Of a DNA stretch of 64,000 nucleotides, positions 1 through 12,593 are shown one piece after another. Position numbers and translations under genes: made by a program. Where the stretch lies: NCBI GenBank assembly GCA_965368975.1, contig CBDUPA010000013.1:128001-192000 (forward strand). The letters run 5' to 3'. This DNA is from an uncultured bacterium. GTDB lineage: Bacteria; Acidobacteriota; Thermoanaerobaculia; Multivoradales; JAHZIX01. Under the pieces are notes generated by a model. It saw only the letters and a program-made list of their open reading frames with translations. It did not search any database and had not been told where the DNA came from. Each line of letters starts with the position of its first letter. Position 1 is the stretch's first letter.

Positions 1-2164
1 GCTCCCCCAACCGCCCCAACAACTCCCGCGCCGCCTCCGGAATCACCGTCCCCGGCCCGAAGATCGCCGTGACGCCCGCGTCGTAGAGCGGCTGGTAGTC
101 CTGCGGCGGAATCACGCCGCCCGCAACGATCAGGATGTCCTCGCGCCTCATCTCGACGAGATGCTTCCTCAACTCGGGAATCAACGTCAGATGTCCGGCC
201 GCCAGGGTCGACGCGCCCACGATGTGAACATCGTTCTCGACCGCTTGCCGCGCCGTCTCTTCCGGCGTCTGGAACAGCGGCCCGATGTCGACGTCGAAGC
301 CGAGATCGGCAAAGGCGGTGGCGATGACCTTCTGACCCCGGTCGTGGCCATCCTGCCCCATCTTGGCGATCAGGATCCGGGGACGCCGGCCTTCCTCTTC
401 GGCGAAGGCGTCCGCCAGCTTGCGGACTTCCAGCAGCTGATGTTCGGCGTCACCGCCCGCTTGCTCGGCTTCGCCTTTGTAGACGCCCGAGATCGTCCGC
501 ACCGTCGCTTCGTGTCGACCGAAGGCTTTCTCCATGGCGTCGCTGATCTCCCCTACCGTGGCGCGCGCGCGCGCAGCCTCGACGCTCAAGGCTAGCAGGT
601 TGCCTTCCCCTGTCTCGGCGGAGCGAGTCAGCGCAGCCAAGGCTTCCTGCAGCTTGGCCTCATCCCGGTTGGCGCGCAGTTCCTTCAATCTGGCCAGCTG
701 TGCTTCGCGCACGGCGGTGTTGTCGACCTTCAAGATCTCGGGGGCGCTGTCGTCGTCGGAGCGGTACTTGTTGACGCCGACGATGGTCTGACGTCCCGAG
801 TCGATTCGCGCCTGCGCGCGGGCGGAGGCTTCCTCGATACGCATCTTGGGAATACCGGTCTCGATCGCCTTGGCCATGCCGCCGAGTTCTTCGATCTCTT
901 CGATGTGCGCCATGGCCCCGGCGGCAACGTCGCGGGTCAGGGCCTCGACGTAGTAGCTGCCACCCCACGGATCGATGACACGACACGAGCCGGTTTCCTG
1001 CTGCAGGTAGAGCTGTGTATTGCGCGCGATGCGGGCCGAGAAGTCGCTAGGCAGGGCGAGGGCTTCGTCGAGCGAGTTCGTGTGCAAGCTTTGCGTGTGG
1101 CCGTGGACGGCGGCCATGGCTTCCACGCAAGTGCGGGCGACGTTGTTGTAGACGTCTTGGGCGGTGAGGCTCCAGCCGGAAGTCTGGCAGTGGGTACGCA
1201 GGGCCAGGGATTTGGGGTTCTTCGGGTCAAACGGCTGCAACAATCTCGCCCACAGCCACCTGGCGGCGCGCAGCTTGGCGACTTCCATGAAGTAGTTCAT
1301 GCCGATGCCGAAGAAGAACGAGATACGCGGCGCGAAGCTGTCGATGTCGAGACCAGCGGCGAGGCCCGTGCGGACGTACTCGAGGCCATCGGCGAGGGTG
1401 TAGCCGAGTTCGAGCTCTGCCGTCGCCCCTGCCTCCTGCATGTGGTAGCCGGAAACGCTGATCGAGTTGAAGCGCGGCATCTGGCGCGAGGTGTAGCCGA
1501 AGATGTCGGCGATGATGCGCATGGAGGGCCCGGGTGGGTAGATGTAGGTGTTGCGCACCATGAATTCTTTGAGGATGTCGTTCTGGATCGTGCCGATCAG
1601 CTGCTCCGGCTTCACCCCTTGCTCCTCCGCCGCCACGATATAGAGCGCCAGGATCGGCAGCACGGCGCCGTTCATGGTCATCGACACGCTCATCTGGTCG
1701 AGCGGGATGCCGTCGAACAGGATCTGCATGTCGAGGATCGAGTCGATGGCGACGCCGGCCATGCCGACATCCCCGATAACGCGCGGGTGGTCGGAGTCGT
1801 AGCCGCGATGCGTGGCGAGGTCGAAGGCGATCGACAGGCCCTTCTGGCCGGCAGCGAGGTTGCGACGATAGAAGGCGTTGGACTGTTCAGCAGTAGAAAA
1901 ACCGGCGTACTGGCGGATGGTCCACGGCCGGCGCACATACATCGTCGAGTACGGACCGCGTACGTACGGTGGCAGGCCGGGCTGGGTGTCGACGGGAGTG
2001 CCCTCGAGATCCGCGGCGGTGTAGCGGCGCCGGACGTCGATGCCTTCCGGAGTGTGCCAGGGGACGCTCTCCGCCGGCCCCGGGGACAGCGCCGGTCGAG
2101 CCACTTCGTTGGCCGCCGTGGGCACACGGTACGGGATCTGGGTCAGGTCCGGGAAGCGACTCAT
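1..2164 (-). CDS. scpA: Methylmalonyl-CoA mutase large (catalytic, B12-binding) subunit; 3' end runs off the window
   Basis: Manual translation from ATG at 2164 ([12 protein letters not shown]). Contains [32 protein letters not shown] and B12-binding GQDGHDRG (~340-360). ATGA overlap with the upstream gene. Not in the ORF track because it is truncated. Confidence 0.95.
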   Translation of the reverse strand, partial: MSRFPDLTQIPYRVPTAANEVARPALSPGPAESVPWHTPEGIDVRRRYTAADLEGTPVDTQPGLPPYVRGPYSTMYVRRPWTIRQYAGFSTAEQSNAFYRRNLAAGQKGLSIAFDLATHRGYDSDHPRVIGDVGMAGVAIDSILDMQILFDGIPLDQMSVSMTMNGAVLPILALYIVAAEEQGVKPEQLIGTIQNDILKEFMVRNTYIYPPGPSMRIIADIFGYTSRQMPRFNSISVSGYHMQEAGATAELELGYTLADGLEYVRTGLAAGLDIDSFAPRISFFFGIGMNYFMEVAKLRAARWLWARLLQPFDPKNPKSLALRTHCQTSGWSLTAQDVYNNVARTCVEAMAAVHGHTQSLHTNSLDEALALPSDFSARIARNTQLYLQQETGSCRVIDPWGGSYYVEALTRDVAAGAMAHIEEIEELGGMAKAIETGIPKMRIEEASARAQARIDSGRQTIVGVNKYRSDDDSAPEILKVDNTAVREAQLARLKELRANRDEAKLQEALAALTRSAETGEGNLLALSVEAARARATVGEISDAMEKAFGRHEATVRTISGVYKGEAEQAGGDAEHQLLEVRKLADAFAEEEGRRPRILIAKMGQDGHDRGQKVIATAFADLGFDVDIGPLFQTPEETARQAVENDVHIVGASTLAAGHLTLIPELRKHLVEMRREDILIVAGGVIPPQDYQPLYDAGVTAIFGPGTVIPEAARELLGRLGE

Positions 2165-4251
2165 GACGCGGACTCCTGCGAGTGGTCGAAGCTGGCCAGC
2201 AACTCGCGCAGCAACTGGCAGGTGTTGGCACCCAGGTGGGCGAAGTGGGTGATGCCGGCTGCGCGGAAGGCGGCTTCGTGTTCTCCCGCCTTGCCGGCCA
2301 CGACGATGCAGGTGGCGCCGGCCGCGCGCAGGCGGCGCGCCAGGGCTGGGACGCGCTCGGGGTAGGCCTCGTCGGGACCGCACAGCACGGCGACGTCGGT
2401 GTCGGTGTCGTCGAAGGCGGCAAGGAAGGCGTCGTCGTCGCCCGGCGGGAACTCAGCGGTGTCGAGACCGCCGACGGCCAGCAGGTTGCGCACGAAGTCA
2501 GCACGCGGCTTGTGTCCCCTGGGATCCCCGAGGTGTAGCACGCTCGCGGGTGGTTTCCAGCCGAGACGTCGCTCGAGCTCGTCGGCAACGGCGCGTAGCT
2601 GCTCAAACGGCTCGGACAGTCGCCAGGGCGTCAACGCAGGAGCCGTGGTGGCTGGGCCTGCGGCTCGTGGCAGCGCCGCCGTCAGCTCGTGCAGGCAGGC
2701 ACCCGCTGCAGCAGCGGCGGTCAGCGTCTCGAGGCTCGGTTGGTGGACGAGGTCGGCGATCGCGGCGCCAGGGTCTGCCGTGCGCGCGGCGAGCGCGGCA
2801 AGGGTGTCGCGGCGCAAGGCGTCGAGGTCTGGGGGCACCTTCGCCAGCGGTTCTTCGGCCAGGTTGGGATATTCACTGACCCCGGTCAGCGGGGTGCGGC
2901 GCGTGCACACGTCGCGCTTCCGGCGCTCCAGGCTCTCGGCCAGCTGCCGCGCGACGGCCCCAGAGGTCAGGCTTTGCGCCATGCCACCTGCACCTTCGAT
3001 TTCCTGCAAGCGATTCCAGGCCGCTGTCGCCAGCTGCTCGGTCAGCTCCTCGACGTAGCCGCTGCCAGCGCCGGGATCGGCGACCCGGTGCAGGTGGCTT
3101 TCTTCGCGCAGCATCAGCTGGGTGTTGATCGCCAGCCGGCGACTGAAGACAGAAGGCAATCCGACCGCCTGATCGTAAGGCGCGGTACCTACGGTATCCG
3201 CACCGCCGACGATGGCGGCGAAGCTCTCGACCGTGCCGCGCAGCAGGTTGACACCGCGATCGAGCGTCGTACGGCCGCGCCGGCAGGTGACCGCGTGCAG
3301 ATGGACGCCGCGGGCCTCGGGCGAAGCGCCGACGGCTTCCGCCAGGCGAGCCCATAGACGGCGGGCTGCACGCAGCTTGGCGATCTCCAGGAACAGGTCA
3401 CCGCTGACCGCGAAGACGAGTTGGATCTGCTGGCAAGCGGCGTCGGGCTCCAAGGAGGCCTCATTCTGCGGTGGATCGAGGAGCCGACGCAGGTAGGCAG
3501 CACCGGTCGCCAGGGCGTAGGCCAATTCGTCGACGGCACCGCCGCCGGCCTCGTGGTACGGCACGGCCGAGACGCGCAACGCGCGCAGCCCTGGTGCCTC
3601 GCGGGCACACCAGCGGGCCAACTGGCACGCCTCGCGCAGGTGGTCGTCGAGCGTCGCCGGTAATTGACCGTCCACGGCGAGCGTGCCAAAGGGATCAGCG
3701 CCCAGAGACCCACGCAGCTGCGCCGTTTCCATGGAGCGTTCCTGCAGCCACGCGAGCAGCAGTCCGGCCGCCGGCAACGCTCCGGCGCCAGCGTCGAGAT
3801 GGATCTCGTGCGTGGCTGGATCGAGATCGGCCAGCGCCTGCCCCAGGGCCTCTACGGAGGTCAGCGACACGCCACCTCGACCGATGAGCTCTCTCGCCTC
3901 TTTCGGGCTACTGCCCGCGCGGCCGGCATCGTCGAAGCGCAGCCAGACACCGGTGGCACCGTGACGCAGGTCGAGCGCCACGCGGCGCCCGGTCTCTTCC
4001 GGCGACGGATGCTCGTGCAGGGGCAGCGGTCGGCCAAACTCGCCAGATGCCAGCGGCTGGAACCCGACTTCTTCCGCCGCTTGCGAGACCGGCTGGTAGA
4101 GTGGCTCCAGCTCGAGACTACCGCCATCTCGGCCCTCTCCCGCGAGGTAGGTTTTCAGGGAGCCGAAGGCGGCTCCCTTGAGGTCCTTCTCCACCTTTTC
4201 GTGCCAAGCGTCGACACCGGTCGGTGGAAAGTCGGCGAACAGCTCCGACAT
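2161..4251 (-). CDS. mutA: Methylmalonyl-CoA mutase small subunit
   Basis: 696-aa ORF with [22 protein letters not shown] and [10 protein letters not shown] motifs, and a degenerate B12 domain lacking DxHxxG; coupled to the large subunit. Confidence 0.9.
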   Translation of the reverse strand: MSELFADFPPTGVDAWHEKVEKDLKGAAFGSLKTYLAGEGRDGGSLELEPLYQPVSQAAEEVGFQPLASGEFGRPLPLHEHPSPEETGRRVALDLRHGATGVWLRFDDAGRAGSSPKEARELIGRGGVSLTSVEALGQALADLDPATHEIHLDAGAGALPAAGLLLAWLQERSMETAQLRGSLGADPFGTLAVDGQLPATLDDHLREACQLARWCAREAPGLRALRVSAVPYHEAGGGAVDELAYALATGAAYLRRLLDPPQNEASLEPDAACQQIQLVFAVSGDLFLEIAKLRAARRLWARLAEAVGASPEARGVHLHAVTCRRGRTTLDRGVNLLRGTVESFAAIVGGADTVGTAPYDQAVGLPSVFSRRLAINTQLMLREESHLHRVADPGAGSGYVEELTEQLATAAWNRLQEIEGAGGMAQSLTSGAVARQLAESLERRKRDVCTRRTPLTGVSEYPNLAEEPLAKVPPDLDALRRDTLAALAARTADPGAAIADLVHQPSLETLTAAAAAGACLHELTAALPRAAGPATTAPALTPWRLSEPFEQLRAVADELERRLGWKPPASVLHLGDPRGHKPRADFVRNLLAVGGLDTAEFPPGDDDAFLAAFDDTDTDVAVLCGPDEAYPERVPALARRLRAAGATCIVVAGKAGEHEAAFRAAGITHFAHLGANTCQLLRELLASFDHSQESAS

Positions 4252-4311
4252 GGTGAGGCTCCCTGAGAGTCAGCGTGCTAGCGAAAGGATGGAAGACTCG
4301 TACCGCGGCGA

Positions 4312-5457
4312 TCAGCCGCGCAACAAGTGACGCGAAATCACCAGCCGCTGCATCTCGCTGGTGCCCTCGTAGATCGTGGTCACGCGCACGTCGCGGTACA
4401 GGCGGGCAATCTCGTAGTCTTCGCAGAAGCCGTTGCCGCCGTGAATCTGCAGCGCCGTGCACACCGCCTCGTTGGCCGCCTCGGTGGCGTAGACCTTGGC
4501 TTGCGACGCCAGGCGTCCGGCCTCGGGTGCTTTCTCGCGAGATGCGGCGTAGCGAGTGAGAACACGAGCGGCGGCCAGCTTGGTCGCCATCTCGGCGATC
4601 TGGAACTGGATCGCCTGGAACTTGGCGATCGGGCGGCCGAACTGCTCGCGCTGCCGGGCGTAGTCGCACGCCAGCTCGAGTGCCCGCTGGTGCATGCCGA
4701 CCGCCTGCGCGGCGATGCCGATGCGCGAGTGATCGAGGGTCGCCAGGGCGATCTTCAGACCCTGTCCTTCTTCACCGACCAGGTTGGCGGCAGGGATGCG
4801 ACAGTCCTGGAAGTAGATCGGTGCGGTGCGCGACGCCTTGAGGCCGAGCTTTTCTTCCCCGGTCCCGACCGAGAAGCCCTCGGCGTCGGTGGGCACGAGG
4901 AACGCACTGATGCCGCGCTTGCCGGCCTCCGGATCCGTCACCGCCAGCACCATGAAGTAGCGGGCTTCGCCCGCGTTGGTGATCCACGCCTTCTCACCGT
5001 TGAGCACCCAGCTGTCGCCGTCGCGCTTGGCCTTGGTGCGCATGGAGCCGGCATCGCTGCCGGAACCCGGCTCCGTCAGGCCGAAGCCACCCAAACACTC
5101 CCCCGAGGCCAGCTCGGTCAGAGCGGTGGACTTCAGGTGCTCGGAGCCGAAGCGGTTGAGCGGCCAGCAGCACACCGAGTTGGTGACGCTCATGGTGACC
5201 GCCGTTGCCGGACAGATGCGCGCCAGCTCTTCGACCGCCACGGTGTAGGTCACCGTATCGAAGCCAGCGCCACCGTATTCTTCCGGTACCATCATGCCGA
5301 GCATGCCGAGTTCGCCCAGCTCGCGCAGGATGTTGCCCGGGAAAGCGTGCTCACGGTCCCGCTCGGCGACGCCCGGAGCGATTCGCTCCTCGGCGAAACG
5401 CCGCACTTCTTCACGGATCAGCTGTTGGTCTGCGTTGAGCTGGAAGTCCATGTGCAC
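4312..5457 (-). CDS. Acyl-CoA dehydrogenase
   Basis: GFGLTEPGSGSDA, LNGEKAWITN, QIHGGNG, IYEGTSEMQR motifs. Confidence 0.93.
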   Translation of the reverse strand: MHMDFQLNADQQLIREEVRRFAEERIAPGVAERDREHAFPGNILRELGELGMLGMMVPEEYGGAGFDTVTYTVAVEELARICPATAVTMSVTNSVCCWPLNRFGSEHLKSTALTELASGECLGGFGLTEPGSGSDAGSMRTKAKRDGDSWVLNGEKAWITNAGEARYFMVLAVTDPEAGKRGISAFLVPTDAEGFSVGTGEEKLGLKASRTAPIYFQDCRIPAANLVGEEGQGLKIALATLDHSRIGIAAQAVGMHQRALELACDYARQREQFGRPIAKFQAIQFQIAEMATKLAAARVLTRYAASREKAPEAGRLASQAKVYATEAANEAVCTALQIHGGNGFCEDYEIARLYRDVRVTTIYEGTSEMQRLVISRHLLRG

Positions 5458-5458
5458 C

Positions 5459-6604
5459 TCAGCTCTTGTTCAGGACCCAGTCGGCGATCACCATCTTCTG
5501 CACCTCGCTGGTGCCCTCGTAGATCTCGGTGATGCGGGCGTCGCGGAAGTAGCGTTCGACGTTGTAGTCCTTGGTGTAGCCGTAGCCGCCATGGATCTGC
5601 AGCGCCTTGTCGGTTACGCGCTGCGACATCTCCGAGGCGAAGAGCTTGGCTTGTGCCGCCTCGAGGCTGTAGCGCCGGCCGCTGTCCTTTGCGACCGCCG
5701 CCTTCCAGGTCAGCAAGCGGGCGGCATCGATCTCGGTGGACATGTCGGCGAGGTAGAACTGAATCGCCTGAAAGCCGGACAACGGCTGCCCGAACTGCTC
5801 GCGCTGCTGCGAGTAGGCCAGCGCTTCTTCGAACGCACCCCGAGCAATGCCGATCGCCTGCGCGGCGATGCCAATGCGGCCACCGTCCAGCGTGCTCATG
5901 GCGATCTTGAAACCCTCGCCTTCTTTGCCCAGGCGATGCGCGGCCGGCACCCGCATATCTTCGAAAAACAGCTCGGTGGTGCCCGAAGCGTTGACGCCGA
6001 GCTTGAACTCGGACTCGCCTCGACTGTAGCCCTCGGTGTCGGCCGACACCAGGAACGCCGTGATCCCCTTGTGCCCGGCCTGCAGGTCGACGCTGGCGAA
6101 GACGATCGCGATGTGCGCGTGGGTGGCGTTGGTGATGAAGACCTTCGAGCCGTTGAGCACGTAGTCGTCACCGTCGCGACGGGCGGTGGTGCGCAGGCTG
6201 GCGGCGTCGCTGCCGGCGTCGGGCTCGGTGAGCGCGAAGCAGCCCAGTTTCTTGCCCGCGGCCAGCGGCGCCAGGAACTCGCGCTTCTGCTCTTCGCTGC
6301 CGTACTTGGCGATCGGATCGCACACCAAGGAATTGTTGACGCTCAGGATGACACCGGTGTTGGCACACGCACGGCTGAGCTCTTCGATCACCAGCGCATA
6401 AGCGACGGCGTCCATACCGCCACCGTCGTACTGTTCCTCCACGCAGACCCCGGCAAGCCCTAATTCACCGGCCTTGTGAAAGGTCTCGATCGGGAACTCA
6501 CTCGACTGGTCGATCTCTTTGGCGTGCGGCTTGACTTCCTCTTCGGCAAATTGCCGCACGGACTCCTGCAGCAGACGCTGCTCTTCGTTCAGCTCGATAT
6601 ACAT
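5459..6604 (-). CDS. Acyl-CoA dehydrogenase (short-chain/butyryl-CoA type)
   Basis: [41 protein letters not shown] motifs. Confidence 0.93.
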   Translation of the reverse strand: MYIELNEEQRLLQESVRQFAEEEVKPHAKEIDQSSEFPIETFHKAGELGLAGVCVEEQYDGGGMDAVAYALVIEELSRACANTGVILSVNNSLVCDPIAKYGSEEQKREFLAPLAAGKKLGCFALTEPDAGSDAASLRTTARRDGDDYVLNGSKVFITNATHAHIAIVFASVDLQAGHKGITAFLVSADTEGYSRGESEFKLGVNASGTTELFFEDMRVPAAHRLGKEGEGFKIAMSTLDGGRIGIAAQAIGIARGAFEEALAYSQQREQFGQPLSGFQAIQFYLADMSTEIDAARLLTWKAAVAKDSGRRYSLEAAQAKLFASEMSQRVTDKALQIHGGYGYTKDYNVERYFRDARITEIYEGTSEVQKMVIADWVLNKS

Positions 6605-6706
6605 GCGTTCAGCTTCCTTCTCGCGTCGTAGGTGGGAGCGAGCTGGGCGTGGATGAAGTAAGGGCCCAGCCGGGACAGCTGATGCTACCAGGTTTGGTCC
6701 TGATCT

Positions 6707-8086
<1,380 letters not shown>

Positions 8087-8246
8087 CTGTTAGGTCTCTC
8101 CGAGCCGGCTGCTCTGTGGTTCCGCCAAGTGTATGTCGTTTCTACCAAGCATGAAAAACGGACCGCGAGGCACAACGCCCGCGGCCCGTGAGAACTCTCC
8201 GACCGGCTTCGGTTCGCAAACTCTGGTGAAGCCCGTCCTCCTCGGA

Positions 8247-9767
8247 TCAGGGTACTTCGACGAACGCGAAGCGCTTGGCCGGCGGATCGACGCGGTGGGT
8301 CTCGACATACAAGCGCAGGAAACCACCGCTCTCGACGCCGCTGACCGCCCGTTCGAAAGTCTCGACGTTGCTGACCTGCGCACCGTTGACCTCGCTGATC
8401 ACGTCACCGACGCGAACTCCCTCGGCAAACAGTGGGCTGGTCTGGGCGATGTCGGAGATCCAAACACCGGCAGCATCCTCTGGTATTCCGAAGCGCGAGC
8501 GCAAACCCGGAGTCAGGTTCTGGTACTCGGCCTGCAGCCAGTCGATGCTGGAGTCAGCCTCTTCCGGCACCACCGCCGCCACGACATCGGCAGCCGGACG
8601 CTCGGTGAGCTGCACCTGGATCTTCTTCTCTTCACCACCGCGCAGCACGGTGAGCATGGTCTTGCTGTCGGGCGACAGGCCGGCGACGTAGTCGATCAGG
8701 TCACGGGTACGGCGCACCTCCTGGTCGTCGACCTTGCGCACGATATCGCCAGCTTCGACGCCGGCACGGGCAGCCGGAGTGTCCGGGTGCACGACGCTGA
8801 CCAGCGCGCCATCAGTCGAATCGAGGCCGAAAGAACGCGCAGCGCGGTAGTCCAGATTGTCGATGCTGACGCCCAGGTAGCCGCGGCGCACCTGGCCTTC
8901 GTCGCGCAGCGCCGGCAGGATCTGCTTGAGGGTCTTGACCGGCACCGCGAAGCCGATGTTCTCGGCGCCATAGTTGATCGCGGTGGCGATCCCGACCACC
9001 TGGCCCTCGAGGTTGACGATCGGGCCTCCGGAATTGCCAAAGTTGATGGCGGCATCGGTCTGGATGAAGTTCTCGAACGAGCTGTCCCCTGCCGGGCTCA
9101 GCCCCAAACCGCTACGACCAAGAGCGCTCACGACACCGACGGTCACGGTGTGATCGAGCGACAACGGGCTGCCGATCACCATGATCCAGTCCCCCACACG
9201 CAGGCTGTCGTCCGCCCCCAGCTCCAGGTACGGAATCTCTTCCGTCAGGCCCTGGATGCGCAGCAGGGCCAGGTCGGTCTCGGGATCCGAGCCCTGGACG
9301 ACGGCTTCATACTGGCGACCGTTCAACTCGACGTTGAGCTCTTCGGCGCTGCGCACGACGTGATAATTCGTCACCACCAAGCCATCGGCGCTGATCACGA
9401 AACCACTACCACCAGAGTCGCTGCGAAACTCTCGCTGCTCCGGCTGTGGCTGAGGACCGCGGCGCGGCCCGAAGAAGAATTCGAACGGATCGGTGTTGCC
9501 TTGTGGGCCGCGCATCCCCTGGCGCGTCTCGAAGCTGGTGGCCTCGATCGACACGACCGTCGGCGAGACGGCTTCCGCCAGGTCGGCGAAGCTGGGCACG
9601 ACGGAAGTCGCGGCCGCGACGCGGACCGGCTGCGGTTCCGCCGCGGCGAAGGACGTGAGTTCGGCGCTGGAAGCCAGCACCATGCCGAAGACGACGGCGG
9701 CGGCGACCAGGACCAGAGTCCCCATCTGCCGCGCTCCACTCGGACGAGTACGTTGTTGCGTAGTCAT
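8247..9767 (-). CDS. Do/DegP/HtrA serine protease with two PDZ domains
   Basis: Signal anchor; catalytic triad motifs TNYHVV, TDLALL and AINFGNSGGP; RRGYLGV PDZ start. Confidence 0.93.
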   Translation of the reverse strand: MTTQQRTRPSGARQMGTLVLVAAAVVFGMVLASSAELTSFAAAEPQPVRVAAATSVVPSFADLAEAVSPTVVSIEATSFETRQGMRGPQGNTDPFEFFFGPRRGPQPQPEQREFRSDSGGSGFVISADGLVVTNYHVVRSAEELNVELNGRQYEAVVQGSDPETDLALLRIQGLTEEIPYLELGADDSLRVGDWIMVIGSPLSLDHTVTVGVVSALGRSGLGLSPAGDSSFENFIQTDAAINFGNSGGPIVNLEGQVVGIATAINYGAENIGFAVPVKTLKQILPALRDEGQVRRGYLGVSIDNLDYRAARSFGLDSTDGALVSVVHPDTPAARAGVEAGDIVRKVDDQEVRRTRDLIDYVAGLSPDSKTMLTVLRGGEEKKIQVQLTERPAADVVAAVVPEEADSSIDWLQAEYQNLTPGLRSRFGIPEDAAGVWISDIAQTSPLFAEGVRVGDVISEVNGAQVSNVETFERAVSGVESGGFLRLYVETHRVDPPAKRFAFVEVP

Positions 9768-10033
9768 AGTCGCGATCTTCTCCTAGGTGTCGAGTTCTCG
9801 AAGGATTTGAGCTGGTTCGAACGCCAGCCCTGGCGAGGAGACTGCAAAACGTCTGCCAGTTCTCCCAAACAGCTGCAAGCAGTCCGCTGGCCTTAAGCCT
9901 CGTAGGCCTCCCGCAAGGCATGCCGCGAGGAGCTGTCACGCAAGGGCTCCAGTCCTCGATCATGGAGTGCCATTTTGGCGCAAACATCCCCAAAAGGACG
10001 CCTTCAGTACAGCTCATCAGGCAAACAGAAGAC

Positions 10034-10062
10034 TTGAAATCTCAGCGGATTGAGTCTATACT
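10034..10062 (+). promoter_or_regulatory. Sigma-70-like promoter of the rimP-nusA-infB operon
   Basis: TTGAAA (10034-39) - 17 nt - TATACT (10057-62). Confidence 0.7.
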
Positions 10063-10091
10063 CCGCTCTGCAAGTTTAGCTTGCACTCACG

Positions 10092-10117
10092 AAAGTGGGC
10101 TGGTGCCCACTTTTTTT
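10092..10117 (+). promoter_or_regulatory. rimP leader attenuator-like hairpin
   Basis: AAAGTGGGC-TGGT-GCCCAC-TTTTTTT directly upstream of rimP; matches the widely conserved GGGC...GCCC terminator-like rimP leader. Confidence 0.8.
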
Positions 10118-10127
10118 GTTGCCCTCA

Positions 10128-10862
10128 ATGATGCCCGAAACCACCATGAGTCCGACTCCACCCCGCGATTCGTTTTCCCCGGCCATGCCCGCCGGTGCCT
10201 TTGCTGGTGCCGACGAGCCGGACGTGGGCCCCGCCTCTATCGAGACGCCCTCCGCGAGCGCGACGCGCGCTGAGGCAACCCCAGGTACAACTACCCCAGG
10301 TACAACAGCCCCGGCCACAACAACACTGCGCGGACCGCTCGACAGCGAGGTCGCGGAAGAGTTGGTGGCGGTGGCGGCAGCCCAAGACTGCGAGCTGCTG
10401 CTGGCCGAGTACCGCGGTGGTGTGCTGCGGCTCGTTCTCGATCGTGAAGAAGGCGTCACGCACACCCACTGCGAGCGCGTTTCGCGGCAAGCCTCGGCGG
10501 TACTCGATGTCCTCGACTTCGGTCGCGGCAAGTACGTGCTCGAGGTCAGCTCACCGGGCCTGGATCGAGAACTCTATGCGCCGCGCGACTACTTGCGCTT
10601 CGCGGGCCATCTGGCGCGTGTGACCTTCCGGGATCCCGCAGACGGCAACAAGAAGACCGTGATCGGTCGCCTCGCTCCTCTCGATACACCCGCAGAGCTC
10701 GAGACCTCCGAGGAGCACGACTGGCAATTGCAACTCACTGAGGAGCTGCAACCGGTCCCGGGAGCCAAGAAGCCGGGCAAGGCCACGTTGCCGACACCCG
10801 GCAAGACCTACACATTCCCCCTTTCGGCCGTGCAACTTGCGCGGCTCGAAGTTGAACTCTGA
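10128..10862 (+). CDS. rimP: Ribosome maturation factor RimP with low-complexity N-terminal extension (start uncertain)
   Basis: CERVSR, YVLEVSSPGLDREL motifs; first gene of the nusA operon. Confidence 0.9.
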   Translation: MMPETTMSPTPPRDSFSPAMPAGAFAGADEPDVGPASIETPSASATRAEATPGTTTPGTTAPATTTLRGPLDSEVAEELVAVAAAQDCELLLAEYRGGVLRLVLDREEGVTHTHCERVSRQASAVLDVLDFGRGKYVLEVSSPGLDRELYAPRDYLRFAGHLARVTFRDPADGNKKTVIGRLAPLDTPAELETSEEHDWQLQLTEELQPVPGAKKPGKATLPTPGKTYTFPLSAVQLARLEVEL

Positions 10863-10936
10863 CCGTCAACGCTCCGAGTGTGCACTCGAGCTGAACAAGC
10901 GGCAAACGACCAGAACCCAGGACCAGAGGACCAGAC

Positions 10937-12496
10937 ATGGCCCAGGCGCAAATAGCGGACGTGAACTTCCAGGAAATCCTGCGTCAGGTGGCGCGAGAGA
11001 AGGACATCGAACTCGACCGGTGGGTCAAGGCGATCGAAGACGCCATGGCTTCCGCAGCCAAGAAGCAGCACCGGATCAAGGAGCCTGTGCGCGCCCGCCT
11101 CGACCCTGAGACCGGGGGCTTCGAAGCCTTCATCGTCAAGACCGTGGTCGAGAAGGTCGAGGATCCGCTGGCCGAATGGGCCCTTGAAGAAGCGCAGGAT
11201 CACAAGCCGGATGCCGCCGTTGGTGACGAAATTCTGCTGCCCATCCCTACCGAGGGGCTAGGGCGTATCGCCGCACAGAGCGCCAAGCAGGTGCTCTATC
11301 AGCGTATCCGCGAAGCCGAGCGCGAGAAGGTCTACAACGAGTACATCGATCGTGTCGGCGAGATCGTCAACGGCACCGTCAAGCGCTTCGAGCGCGGTGA
11401 CATCATCGTCGACTTGGGGCGCACCGAGGCAATTGTGCCGCGCCAGGAGCAGTCACGCCACGAGCGCTACAGCCAGGGTGAACGTATCCGCGCGGTGATC
11501 GTCGACGTGCACACGCTGCCGAAGGGGCCGCAGATCGTTCTCTCTCGTACTGATCCGCGCCTGCTGGTCAAGCTCTTCGAGATGGAAGTACCCGAGATCT
11601 ACGACGGCACCGTCGTGATCAAGGGCGCCGTACGGGCGCCGGGTGAGCGAGCCAAGGTCGCCGTCCACAGCCGCGAGCGCGATGTCGATCCGGTCGGCGC
11701 TTGCGTCGGCATGAAGGGCTCGCGCGTGCAGTCGATCATCCGCGAGTTGCGCGGCGAGAAGATCGACATCATCGAGTTCTCGGAAGACCTGGTGACGTTC
11801 GCGCAGAGCGCTCTGGCCCCGGCGAAGATCACTCGCGTGTCCGTGACCCATCACGGCGAGTACCCCCACCTCGACGTCATCGTCGAAGACGAGCAACTGT
11901 CGTTGGCGATCGGCAAGCGCGGCCAAAACGTGCGGCTGGCAGCTGAACTGATCGGCGCCAGGATCGATATCAAGAGCGAGAGCGACGTCAAAGACGAGGT
12001 TGCCGATGCGCTGGCCAGCTTGCTGCAGATTGGGGAGCCCGAAGGCGAGCAGGAAGCCCTCGACCTCACTGGTGCACCGGGCGTTGACGAAGCAATAGCC
12101 GAAGGCTTGGGCGCGGCCGGACTCGATTCTCTCGAGGCTCTGGCCGAGGCCGATGCCGAGGCGCTGCAGGCCGTCGAGGGCTTCGATCTCGACCAGGCGG
12201 CAGCACTGCGCGAATGGGCTGAAGCCCAGCTCGCCGAGCGCACCAGTCAGATCGACCTCGGCGCTGACTTCTCCGTCGACGAAGACGAAGAGGCCGCTTC
12301 GACCATGGACGATCAGGACTTCATGGCGGCGCTGAGCAAAGCCTTCGAAGAATCCGATATGTTCGAAGGGGACGAAGACCCGACCGGCGCTGATGAGGCT
12401 GAACCAGCCGAAGACGAATCAGCCGAAGACGAATCAGCCGAGGACGAGCCAGCCGAAGACGCTGGCGCGGCAGCCGAAGACAAAGAAGACGCCTGA
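10937..12496 (+). CDS. nusA: Transcription termination/antitermination factor NusA with acidic C-terminal tail
   Basis: GRIAAQSAKQV, EVPEIYDG, DPVGACVGMKGSRV, AIGKRGQNVRLA. Confidence 0.97.
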   Translation: MAQAQIADVNFQEILRQVAREKDIELDRWVKAIEDAMASAAKKQHRIKEPVRARLDPETGGFEAFIVKTVVEKVEDPLAEWALEEAQDHKPDAAVGDEILLPIPTEGLGRIAAQSAKQVLYQRIREAEREKVYNEYIDRVGEIVNGTVKRFERGDIIVDLGRTEAIVPRQEQSRHERYSQGERIRAVIVDVHTLPKGPQIVLSRTDPRLLVKLFEMEVPEIYDGTVVIKGAVRAPGERAKVAVHSRERDVDPVGACVGMKGSRVQSIIRELRGEKIDIIEFSEDLVTFAQSALAPAKITRVSVTHHGEYPHLDVIVEDEQLSLAIGKRGQNVRLAAELIGARIDIKSESDVKDEVADALASLLQIGEPEGEQEALDLTGAPGVDEAIAEGLGAAGLDSLEALAEADAEALQAVEGFDLDQAAALREWAEAQLAERTSQIDLGADFSVDEDEEAASTMDDQDFMAALSKAFEESDMFEGDEDPTGADEAEPAEDESAEDESAEDEPAEDAGAAAEDKEDA

Positions 12497-12593
12497 ACCC
12501 GGCACCGAGCCGGCTGCAAGGCGGCGAGCTCGCCGCACGAGAAGTGCAGGATGATAGATCGCTGAGATAGCGAGACAGGAGTAGAGAGAAGAT

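Noticed and set aside
905-2365. 486-aa plus-strand ORF and many similar long antisense ORFs (e.g. 4327-5532, 8133-9896, 13854-15323, 29241-30662)
   Set aside because: Shadow ORFs opposite well-supported genes, expected in high-GC DNA; no recognisable motifs.
12521-12536. Perfect 16-bp palindrome GCGGCGAGCTCGCCGC between nusA and infB
   Set aside because: Single GC-rich copy with no U-tract; no evidence of function.
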